From an uncultured Oscillospiraceae bacterium (GTDB lineage: Bacteria > Bacillota > Clostridia > Oscillospirales > Oscillospiraceae), in the NCBI GenBank assembly GCA_910577915.1, contig CAJTOM010000001.1, positions 41,110 through 105,109 on the forward strand: DNA of 64,000 bases. Reading direction: 5' to 3'. The stretch's first letter is position 1. Each line of letters starts with the position of its first letter. Of the stretch, positions 9,772 through 16,489 are shown piece after piece. The notes beneath the pieces were generated by a model, which was not told the origin of the DNA, did not search any database, and saw only the letters and a list, made by a program, of their open reading frames with translations. The position numbers and the translations under genes were made by a program.

Positions 9772-9784
9772 AATTTTAGAAAAG

Positions 9785-9800
9785 CTAAAAATTTTTTTGA
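9785..9800. repeat. A5T7 16-mer CTAAAAATTTTTTTGA (copy 1), probable UP element
   Basis: Identical 16-mer recurs at 13614..13629. This copy sits 18 bp upstream of the ygeY -35. Confidence 0.5.
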
Positions 9801-9859
9801 TACCGGCAGAGAGCGGGCTGCCGGCGGGAATGCAGGCGCGATATATCGGGCGGAAACAG

Positions 9860-9888
9860 TTGCGCATTGCGGCAAGTTACGGTATACT
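9860..9888 (+). promoter_or_regulatory. Candidate promoter of the GntR(FCD) gene
   Basis: TTGCGC - 17 nt - TATACT, about 65 nt upstream of the ATG at 9954. Confidence 0.4.
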
Positions 9889-9953
9889 GGTGGTTGCGCG
9901 CGCGATGCCCGCCGGGACCGGCGGGCGCGGCGGCGAGAAGGAGGAACAAGCCC

Positions 9954-10664
9954 ATGCCGATTCCAGAAAAAGGGAACGACCTGTGCAGGCTGTCCGCGAA
10001 GGACATCATATACCGGACCGTATGCGAGTGGATCATCACTGGGGTGCTGCGGCCGGGGGAGAAGATTCTGGACTCCGAGCTGGCCAAGCACTTCAGCGTG
10101 AGCCGGACCCCGGTCCGGGAGGCGCTCCAGGTGCTGGAGAGCCAGAAGCTGATCTGCGTGAGGCCGGGCCGGGCCACCGTGGTGGCGGAGCTGGATGTGG
10201 ACGACATTGAGAAGTGTTACCGCCCCCTGGCGGCGATCCAGGGCCTGGCCGCCGAGCTGGCCTGCGGCCGGCTGACGGAGGAGGCGCTGGCGGCGCTGGA
10301 GGAGGCCCACGCCGGCTTTGCCGCCGCCTGCGGCGCGGACAGCGCCGGGGAGGTGATCGCCTGGGACAACCGGTTCCACGAGATCATCGTCCGCGCCTCC
10401 GGAAACGAATATGTGGAGGATTTCTCCCACCTGATGATCCTGCACATCCAGCGGATCAAATACCACTATTTTCACAACGACCGGATGCGGAAGGCGTCGG
10501 ACTCCGAGCACCGCGAGATTCTGCAGGCGATGAAGGCCAGGGACGGCGCTCTGGCGGGGCAGCTCGTCCGCAGTCACTGGCTGCGGGTCATGGAGGACAG
10601 CCTCCAGGGCACCATGGCCCGGCTGCGGGCCGCCGGCGCGGCGGACAGCGCCCCGGCGGAATAA
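9954..10664 (+). CDS. GntR-family regulator with FCD (FadR C-terminal) domain
   Basis: From the ATG at 9954 (GAAGGAGGAA RBS): winged-HTH block LDSELAKHFSVSRTPVREALQVLESQKLI, then a helical FCD-like C-terminus. The track's upstream extension is Arg/Pro-rich junk. Confidence 0.85.
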   Translation: MPIPEKGNDLCRLSAKDIIYRTVCEWIITGVLRPGEKILDSELAKHFSVSRTPVREALQVLESQKLICVRPGRATVVAELDVDDIEKCYRPLAAIQGLAAELACGRLTEEALAALEEAHAGFAAACGADSAGEVIAWDNRFHEIIVRASGNEYVEDFSHLMILHIQRIKYHYFHNDRMRKASDSEHREILQAMKARDGALAGQLVRSHWLRVMEDSLQGTMARLRAAGAADSAPAE

Positions 10665-10681
10665 TCCGTCAAAATAGAAAG

Positions 10682-10710
10682 AGAGGCGGCCCAGTTCCTG
10701 GGCCGCCTCT
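10682..10710 (+). terminator. Stem-loop after the GntR gene
   Basis: 13-bp perfect stem AGAGGCGGCCCAG / CTGGGCCGCCTCT with a 3-nt loop. The downstream U-tract is poor (TTCACA). Confidence 0.5.
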
Positions 10711-10766
10711 TCACATATGTACCAAAAAACCGTGGAGAGCGCTGTCTATTCTTGACAAAGTTTTGC

Positions 10767-10797
10767 ACTTTTCCGAGGATGAACTTGACTTTTCCGA
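10767..10797 (+). repeat. Direct repeat ACTTTTCCGA x2 in 21-bp phasing
   Basis: Copies at 10767..10776 and 10788..10797. Each is associated with a CTTGAC element, and they overlap a candidate -35. Confidence 0.5.
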
Positions 10798-10813
10798 CAA
10801 TGTCCTGTATAAG
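10785..10813 (+). promoter_or_regulatory. Candidate promoter of the M20 hydrolase/symporter operon
   Basis: TTGACT - 17 nt - TATAAG. A second perfect TATAAT lies at 10842..10847 inside the shared motif. Confidence 0.4.
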
Positions 10814-10830
10814 TAGATTAAGCAATATAT

Positions 10831-10851
10831 TGCATATTGCATATAATATAT
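10831..10851 (+). promoter_or_regulatory. Shared operator/-10 motif, copy A (TGCATATTGCA fused to CATATAATATAT)
   Basis: The 11-mer at 10831..10841 and the 12-mer at 10840..10851 recur verbatim at 16197..16207 and 16218..16229. The adjacent sequence GCAATATATTGC is a 12-bp palindrome. Confidence 0.55.
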
Positions 10852-10875
10852 TTTTACAGAAAGGTGGTAGAACAC

Positions 10876-12051
10876 GTGACCAGAGACGAGCGGCTTATTG
10901 CGTTTTGCCAGGAGGCGATCCGCATCCCCAGCCCCTCCGGCCAGGAGAAGGGCGTGGCGGAGCTGATGAAGCGGAAAATGGAGGAGTACGGCTTCGACGA
11001 GGTGATCATCGACCGCTTTGGCAGCGTGCTGGGGAAAATCCACGGCAAACGCCCCGGCAGGACCGTCCTTATGGACGGGCACATCGACAATGTGGACGTG
11101 ATCGACGCCCCCCAGTGGAAGCACGACCCCTTCGGCGGCGAAATCGACGGGGGGCGCATCTACGGCCGGGGCGCATCCGACATGAAGGGCAGCGTAACGG
11201 CCATGATCTCCGCCGCCGCCTACCTGGCGGAGGATACGGACCGGGACTTCGCCGGCACCGTCTGCGTGTCCTGCACCGTCCACGAGGAGTGCTTCGAGGG
11301 GGTCTCCTCCCGGGAGATCAGCCGCCTGGCCAGGCCGGACTTTGTCATCATCGGCGAGGCCACCTCCACCACGGTGAAGATCGGCCAGCGGGGCCGGGCG
11401 GAGGTGGTGGTGGAGACCGGCGGGGTCAGCTGCCACTCCTCCAACCCGGAGAAGGGTGTGAACGCGGTCTACCACATGATGGCGGTCATCGAGGAGATCC
11501 GGAAAATCGTCCCCAACGAACATCCCCTGCTGGGGAAGGGGATTCTGGAGCTGACAGACATCAAGTCCTCCCCCTACCCCGGGGCCTCCGTGGTGCCCTC
11601 CCTGTGCCGGGCCACCTTTGACCGCCGCACCCTGGCGGGGGAGGACGAGGCCGTCATCTTGGGCCAGGTGGAGCAGGCCATCGCCAGGGCCAGGGAGCGG
11701 ATTCCCGGCCTGGAGGCCCGCGCCTTCCTGGCCGAGGGCCGGGAGGCCTGCTGGACCGGGGAGACCATCTCCGCCAAGCGCTATTTCCCCGCCTGGGTGG
11801 TGGAGGAGGACAGCGAGCTGGTGCAGAAGGCCCTGGCCGGCCTGCGGGAGGCGGGCATCGAGGCCCCCATCTCCCACTTCGCCTTCTGCACCAACGGCAG
11901 CCACTTCTGCGGCGAGGCGGGCATCCCCGCCATCGGCTACGGCCCCTCCCTGGAGTCCCTGGCCCACGTGCGGGACGAGTACATTGAAATTGAGCAGCTG
12001 ACAAAGGCCTGCCGGGGCTTCGAGAGCATCCTGCGCCAGCTGACCCGCTGA
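10876..12051 (+). CDS. M20-family metallohydrolase (ArgE/DapE/ACY1-like), a distant YgeY paralogue
   Basis: GTG at 10876 with GAAAGGTGG 8 nt upstream; the track's TTG at 10837 lies in the promoter. Motifs LMDGHIDNVD, GRGASDMKGS, HEECFEG and a C-terminal FCTNGSH. Confidence 0.8.
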   Translation: MTRDERLIAFCQEAIRIPSPSGQEKGVAELMKRKMEEYGFDEVIIDRFGSVLGKIHGKRPGRTVLMDGHIDNVDVIDAPQWKHDPFGGEIDGGRIYGRGASDMKGSVTAMISAAAYLAEDTDRDFAGTVCVSCTVHEECFEGVSSREISRLARPDFVIIGEATSTTVKIGQRGRAEVVVETGGVSCHSSNPEKGVNAVYHMMAVIEEIRKIVPNEHPLLGKGILELTDIKSSPYPGASVVPSLCRATFDRRTLAGEDEAVILGQVEQAIARARERIPGLEARAFLAEGREACWTGETISAKRYFPAWVVEEDSELVQKALAGLREAGIEAPISHFAFCTNGSHFCGEAGIPAIGYGPSLESLAHVRDEYIEIEQLTKACRGFESILRQLTR

Positions 12052-12105
12052 CTGCGGGGACAGCCGTTCCCCCCGGCATACAGAACGAAATAGGAGGAAA
12101 GAAAA

Positions 12106-13524
12106 GTGGAGAATATTCTGAACGCGATTTCCAGCGCCCTCTGGGGCGCCCCCGTCCTGATCCTGCTGGCGGCGGTGGGCATCCTGTTCGGCGTGCGCAC
12201 CCGCTTCTTCCAGTTCCGCAAATTCGGCCACATTATGAAAAACACCGCCGGCCAGATGTTCAAGAAGGGCGGCGGGGCCATCGGCGACGAGGGCACCCTG
12301 ACCCCCCTGCAGGCCGTCTCCTCCGCCCTGGCGGGCTGCGTCGGCACGGGCAACATCGCCGGCGTGGCCACGGCCATGGTGGTGGGCGGCCCCGGCGCGG
12401 TGTTCTGGATGTGGGTCATCGCCCTGTTCGGCATGCTGACCAAGTGCGTGGAGGTCACCCTGGGCCAGTACTACCGCATCAAGGGCGAGGACGGGGTCTA
12501 CTATGGCGGCCCCATGTACTACATCGAGCGGGGCATGGGGAAGAAGTGGAAGCCTCTGGCGGTCCTGTTCGCCGTCACCATCATCCTGGGCGGCCTGGGC
12601 ACCGCGGCCTTCGCCCAGCCCTACACCATGTCCACCGCCGTGCAGAATCTGTTCGGCGTTCCCACCTGGGTGACCACCGTGGTCGCCACGGCCATCTGCG
12701 CCGTGGTCCTCATCGGCGGCGTGAAGAGCATCGGCAAGTTCTGCGAGAAGGTCACCCCCCTCATGTGCGCCATCTACATCGCGGGCGCCCTGGGCGTGAT
12801 CCTGCTGCACATCCAGAACGTCCCCGGCGCGCTGGGAGCCATCTTCAAGTACGCCTTCACCCCCATGTCCGCCGTGGGCGGCCTGACGGGCTCCACCCTG
12901 GCTCTGGCTCTGCGGCAGGGCGCGGCGCGGGGCACCTTCTCCAGCGAGGCGGGCTGCGGCTCCTCCCCCATCACCCACGCCACCGCTATCACGGACCACC
13001 CCTTCAAGGAGGGCATGTACGGCTCCTTCGAGGTGTTCGTGGACACCCTGGTGGTCTGCACCATGACCTCCCTGGCCATCCTGTGCGCCGGGCCCGAGGT
13101 GTGGCAGTCCGGCGTCAAGGCGGAGGCCCTGACCATGAGCGCCTTCTCCAGCACCTACGGCGGCATCGGCAGCTATCTGGTGGCGGTCCCTCTGGTGCTC
13201 TTCGCCTTCTCCACTATGGTGGGCTGGGAGATCAACTATGAATCCGCCTTCTTCTACATCTTCCCCCACGGGAAGAACTCCAAGGCCATGAAGCTGGCCA
13301 TCCGTGTGCTGTGGCTGATTCCGGGGTTCCTGGCCCTGGGCAAGACCCCGGATATGATCTGGACCGTGGTGGACATCGTCTCTGGCTTCTGGTGCATCCC
13401 CAACGCCATCGCCCTGCTGGCCCTCTCCGGGGTGTTCATGGCGATCTACAGCGACTATCAGAAGAAGTACATTGACAAGACCGAAAGCGTGGACAAGCCG
13501 CTGGAGTACATCGGCAGGGATTGA
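12106..13524 (+). CDS. Alanine/glycine:cation symporter (AGCS family)
   Basis: 472 aa. N-terminus NAISSALWGAPVLILLAAVGILFGVRTRFFQFRKFGH and GTGNIAGVATA are AGCS hallmarks. GTG start with an AGGAGG RBS. Confidence 0.85.
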   Translation: MENILNAISSALWGAPVLILLAAVGILFGVRTRFFQFRKFGHIMKNTAGQMFKKGGGAIGDEGTLTPLQAVSSALAGCVGTGNIAGVATAMVVGGPGAVFWMWVIALFGMLTKCVEVTLGQYYRIKGEDGVYYGGPMYYIERGMGKKWKPLAVLFAVTIILGGLGTAAFAQPYTMSTAVQNLFGVPTWVTTVVATAICAVVLIGGVKSIGKFCEKVTPLMCAIYIAGALGVILLHIQNVPGALGAIFKYAFTPMSAVGGLTGSTLALALRQGAARGTFSSEAGCGSSPITHATAITDHPFKEGMYGSFEVFVDTLVVCTMTSLAILCAGPEVWQSGVKAEALTMSAFSSTYGGIGSYLVAVPLVLFAFSTMVGWEINYESAFFYIFPHGKNSKAMKLAIRVLWLIPGFLALGKTPDMIWTVVDIVSGFWCIPNAIALLALSGVFMAIYSDYQKKYIDKTESVDKPLEYIGRD

Positions 13525-13613
13525 CCCCCGGCAAAAGGACCGGGCGGGAGCCGCATACCGCGGGTTCCGCCTGGTTTCGCCGGGGAGAGCGATCTAAAAA
13601 TATTTCTTCCGGC

Positions 13614-13629
13614 CTAAAAATTTTTTTGA
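13614..13629. repeat. A5T7 16-mer CTAAAAATTTTTTTGA (copy 2), probable UP element
   Basis: Identical to 9785..9800 and ends 8 bp upstream of the yheO-like -35. A degenerate copy CTAAAAATATTTC lies at 13594. Confidence 0.5.
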
Positions 13630-13636
13630 AAAAGGG

Positions 13637-13665
13637 TTGCAATCTGCTCCCAATACTGCTATGAT
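13637..13665 (+). promoter_or_regulatory. Promoter of the YheO-like regulator / PLP enzyme operon
   Basis: TTGCAA - 17 nt - TATGAT. Confidence 0.55.
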
Positions 13666-13701
13666 ACAAGCAAAAGCGGGCATTGGGGAGGTGATAGCGG
13701 A

Positions 13702-14364
13702 TTGGACAGCCAGCGCATGCAGATGCTCAAGCAGATCGCGTCCGCCCTGGCGGCGCAGTTCGGGTCCGGCTGCGAGGTGGTCATCCACGACTTTGACGAG
13801 CACCGCTCCGAGCCCTCCATCGTCCACATTGAGAACGGCCACGTCACCGGCCGGCAGGTGGGCGACGGCCCCTCCAAAATTGTTGTGGAGCAGATGCTCA
13901 CCGGCGAGCGGGACCCGGCGGATCACCTGGCCTACCTCACCCGCACCCCCGATGGCAAGATCCTCAAGTCGTCCACCATCTACATCCGGGACGCCGGGGA
14001 GAAGGTCACCGCCATCCTCTCCATCAACTTCGACATCTCCGCCCTTTTAATGGTGGAGGGGGCCATCGGCTCCCTCGTCCGCACCGAGGAGCCCAGCGGC
14101 ACGCCGGCGGAGCGGATCACCGTGCTGAACGTCAACGACCTGCTCGACGACCTCATTGAGCAGAGCGTGGCCCTGGTGGGCAAGCCGGTGGCCCTGATGA
14201 ACAAGGACGACAAAGTCCGGGCCATCCAGTTCCTCAGCCGGCACGGGGCCTTCCTGGTTACCAAGAGCGGGGATAAGGTGGCCAAACACTTCGGCATTTC
14301 CAAGTACACACTCTACTCTTATATTGACCTGAAACAGGAGGAAAAGCGCCATGAGCAAGATTGA
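13702..14364 (+). CDS. YheO/DauR-like regulator (PAS-like sensor plus C-terminal HTH)
   Basis: 220 aa. LKQIASALAAQFGSGCEVVIHDF and HIENGHVTGRQVGDGPS parallel E. coli YheO as I recall it. C-terminal HTH KVAKHFGISKYTLYSYI. TTG start with a GGGGAGGTGA RBS. Confidence 0.75.
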   Translation: MDSQRMQMLKQIASALAAQFGSGCEVVIHDFDEHRSEPSIVHIENGHVTGRQVGDGPSKIVVEQMLTGERDPADHLAYLTRTPDGKILKSSTIYIRDAGEKVTAILSINFDISALLMVEGAIGSLVRTEEPSGTPAERITVLNVNDLLDDLIEQSVALVGKPVALMNKDDKVRAIQFLSRHGAFLVTKSGDKVAKHFGISKYTLYSYIDLKQEEKRHEQD

Positions 14365-15832
14365 TCTGACCATCCAGCCGGAGGGCCTGCGGCACAACAT
14401 CGAGAAGGCCCGCGAGAACAGCATCATCATCCCCACCATCGCCCAGATGCAGAGGCCGGAGACCATCCCGGAGAAGATTCAGGCGAAGCTCAAAAGCGTG
14501 GGGCTGTGGGACGTGAACCCCCTGAATCTGTTCCGCATCACCTGGAAGAACGAGGCCAAGGAGAGCGGCGGCCTGTTCCAGGCGGCGCCCAACTACGTGG
14601 AGATCCCCTCCCGCCTGTCGGGCGTGCCCTGCCGGATCATTGCCATGGCGGGGAAGTGGTTCCCCACGGGCTGCCACAAGGTGGGGGCCTCCTTCGGGTG
14701 CCTGGCCCCCCGGCTGGTCACCGGGCAGTTTGACGCCACCTACCACCACGCGGTGTGGCCCTCCACGGGGAACTACTGCCGGGGCGGCGCGTTCAACAGC
14801 AAGCTGCTGGCCTGCGACAGCGTGGCCATTCTGCCGGCGGAGATGAGCAAGGAGCGCTTCGACTGGCTCAGCCAGATCGCCGGCCAGGTCATCGCCACCC
14901 CTGGCTGCGAGTCCAACGTGAAGGAGATCTTCGACAAGACCTGGGAGCTGCGCCAGGACCCCAGCATGATGATCTTCAACCAGTTTGAGGAGATGGGCAA
15001 CCCCCTGTGGCACTACAACGTCACCGGCGCCGCCCTCAAGGACCTGTTCGAGGCGGTGAAGCGGCCCGGCGACCGGCTGGCGGGCGCGTGCTTCACCAGC
15101 GGCTCCGCCGGCACCATGAGCGCCGGGGACTACCTGAAGGAGCACTATCCCCAGATGAAGCTGGCGGTGGGTGAGGCCCTGCAGTGCCCCACCATCCTGG
15201 ACAACGGCTTCGGCGGCCACCGGATCGAGGGCATCGGCGACAAGCACATCCCCTGGATCCACAACGTAAAGAACACGGACATGGCCATCGCCATCGACGA
15301 CGAGGACAGCCAGCGGCTGCTGCGCCTGTTCAACACCCCCGAGGGGACCAAGTACCTCAAAGAGGAGCTGGGCCTGGAGGATGAACTCATCGAGAAGCTG
15401 AGCTGGCTGGGCATTTCCGGCATCGCCAACGTGCTGTGCTGCATCAAGATGGCCAAGTACTACGAGCTGACGGAGCGGGACGTGGTGACCACCGTGCTCA
15501 CCGACTCCGCCGCCATGTACCAGAGCCGGATTGCGGAGCTGGACGAGATGCACGGGGCCTACAACGCCGCCGGGGCGGCCATCGACCACCACCTGCACAT
15601 GCTGGGTCTGAAGACCGACAGCCTGCTGGAGCTGACGTACGCCGACCGCAAGCGGGTGCACAACCTGAAGTACTACACCTGGGTGGAGCAGCAGGCCAGG
15701 GACGTGAAGGACCTCAACGCCCTGTGGTACGACACCGAGGGCACCTGGGACGCCGTCCACGCCCAGGCCAAGGAGCTCGACGAGCTCATCAATGCGTTCA
15801 ACGAGGCCACAGGCCTGCTCAAGGAGCTCTGA
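14351..15832 (+). CDS. Fold-type-II PLP enzyme (cysteine synthase/PALP family), atypically long at 493 aa, substrate unknown
   Basis: The PALP-like core has a candidate PLP lysine in FPTGCHKVGASFG and a G-rich phosphate loop in FTSGSAGTMSAG. Beyond the ~300-aa canonical core there are ~100-aa N-terminal and ~120-aa C-terminal extensions. It overlaps the regulator gene by 14 nt. Confidence 0.65.
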   Translation: MSKIDLTIQPEGLRHNIEKARENSIIIPTIAQMQRPETIPEKIQAKLKSVGLWDVNPLNLFRITWKNEAKESGGLFQAAPNYVEIPSRLSGVPCRIIAMAGKWFPTGCHKVGASFGCLAPRLVTGQFDATYHHAVWPSTGNYCRGGAFNSKLLACDSVAILPAEMSKERFDWLSQIAGQVIATPGCESNVKEIFDKTWELRQDPSMMIFNQFEEMGNPLWHYNVTGAALKDLFEAVKRPGDRLAGACFTSGSAGTMSAGDYLKEHYPQMKLAVGEALQCPTILDNGFGGHRIEGIGDKHIPWIHNVKNTDMAIAIDDEDSQRLLRLFNTPEGTKYLKEELGLEDELIEKLSWLGISGIANVLCCIKMAKYYELTERDVVTTVLTDSAAMYQSRIAELDEMHGAYNAAGAAIDHHLHMLGLKTDSLLELTYADRKRVHNLKYYTWVEQQARDVKDLNALWYDTEGTWDAVHAQAKELDELINAFNEATGLLKEL

Positions 15833-15842
15833 GAGAACGCGG

Positions 15843-15874
15843 AAAAGGGCGGGGCCAGCGGCCCCACCCTTTTT
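15843..15874 (+). terminator. Intrinsic terminator after the PLP enzyme gene
   Basis: GGGCGGGGCC / GGCCCCACCC stem (9 of 10 pairs) flanked by AAAA and TTTTT. Confidence 0.75.
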
Positions 15875-15906
15875 ATGTGACGAACGTTCTGTATATTTAA
15901 AACAAA

Positions 15907-15922
15907 TGTTTCACGTGAAACA
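15907..15922. other. parS: parS, the ParB/Spo0J binding (centromere-like) site
   Basis: TGTTTCACGTGAAACA matches the chromosomal parS consensus tGTTnCACGTGAAACa at every position. It is embedded in a perfect 22-bp palindrome at 15904..15925. Confidence 0.8.
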
Positions 15923-15936
15923 TTTTGCTCCCTGCC

Positions 15937-16101
15937 CTACGCCTCGCCCTCGTCCCCGTCCTCCAGGTATAATTCCTCGGCGTCCTGCTGGACCTTGATG
16001 AGAATGTCATGGGCTTTTACGCAGTCGCGGGCCTGAAGCGCCTCCAGCGCGTCCGTGATGCCGTTGAACAGGCAGGTGTAATATTTTGGAAAATTGTCCA
16101 T
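15937..16101 (-). CDS. Hypothetical 54-aa acidic helical protein
   Basis: Below the ORF-track size cutoff; hand-translated as MDNFPKYYTCLFNGITDALEALQARDCVKAHDILIKVQQDAEELYLEDGDEGEA. It has an AAAGGAA RBS and its own promoter. Function unknown. Confidence 0.45.
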   Translation of the reverse strand: MDNFPKYYTCLFNGITDALEALQARDCVKAHDILIKVQQDAEELYLEDGDEGEA

Positions 16102-16136
16102 TTTATCGGTTCCTTTCGTTAATATAACGGTATATT

Positions 16137-16165
16137 ATCATATGCCCCTGCAAAAAGCAATGCAA
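16137..16165 (-). promoter_or_regulatory. Candidate promoter of the 54-aa ORF
   Basis: Minus strand reads TTGCAT - 17 nt - TATGAT. Confidence 0.45.
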
Positions 16166-16196
16166 ATCGCAGGACACATGCAAAATATACATTGCG

Positions 16197-16229
16197 TGCA
16201 TATTGCAATACTGTAGCCATATAATATAT
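16197..16229 (+). promoter_or_regulatory. Shared operator/-10 motif, copy B (TGCATATTGCA - 10 nt - CATATAATATAT)
   Basis: Same 11-mer and 12-mer as at 10831..10851, here separated by one helical turn. The TATAAT at 16220..16225 sits about 20 nt upstream of the RHH gene ATG. Confidence 0.55.
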
Positions 16230-16244
16230 ATGGCGAGGTGTAAT

Positions 16245-16436
16245 ATGCGAAAGTTTAAAATTCCCCAGATGTATACGACGACCAATAAGACCATCCGCTT
16301 TCCAGACAATGTGATTGCGGAGGTTGAAGAGGCAATTCGTGGAACAAATTGCAATTTTTCTGCCTTTGTGATTGAGGCAACGAGGGTCGCGCTGGAAAAT
16401 TTAAAGGAAGAGGAACACGGTTCCCAGGAAGAATGA
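16245..16436 (+). CDS. Ribbon-helix-helix (CopG/Arc-like) small DNA-binding protein, 63 aa
   Basis: ATG at 16245 with a GAGGTG RBS. KTIRFPDNVIAEVEEAI...NFSAFVIEATRVALENL shows a beta-strand/helix/helix pattern. The track's TTG at 16203 lies in the promoter. Confidence 0.6.
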   Translation: MRKFKIPQMYTTTNKTIRFPDNVIAEVEEAIRGTNCNFSAFVIEATRVALENLKEEEHGSQEE

Positions 16437-16489
16437 ACGAGCGGAGACGCGCCCCATATGCCGGGGCGGCGCTCAAAAAAGGAGAAGCT

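Noticed and set aside
15937-16436. Toxin-antitoxin interpretation of the RHH gene and the neighbouring small ORF
   Set aside because: The two genes are divergent rather than co-transcribed. The 54-aa protein is acidic and helical with no toxin-fold hallmarks. The gene downstream of the RHH is a 414-aa ThrC-family enzyme. Nothing supports a TA module.
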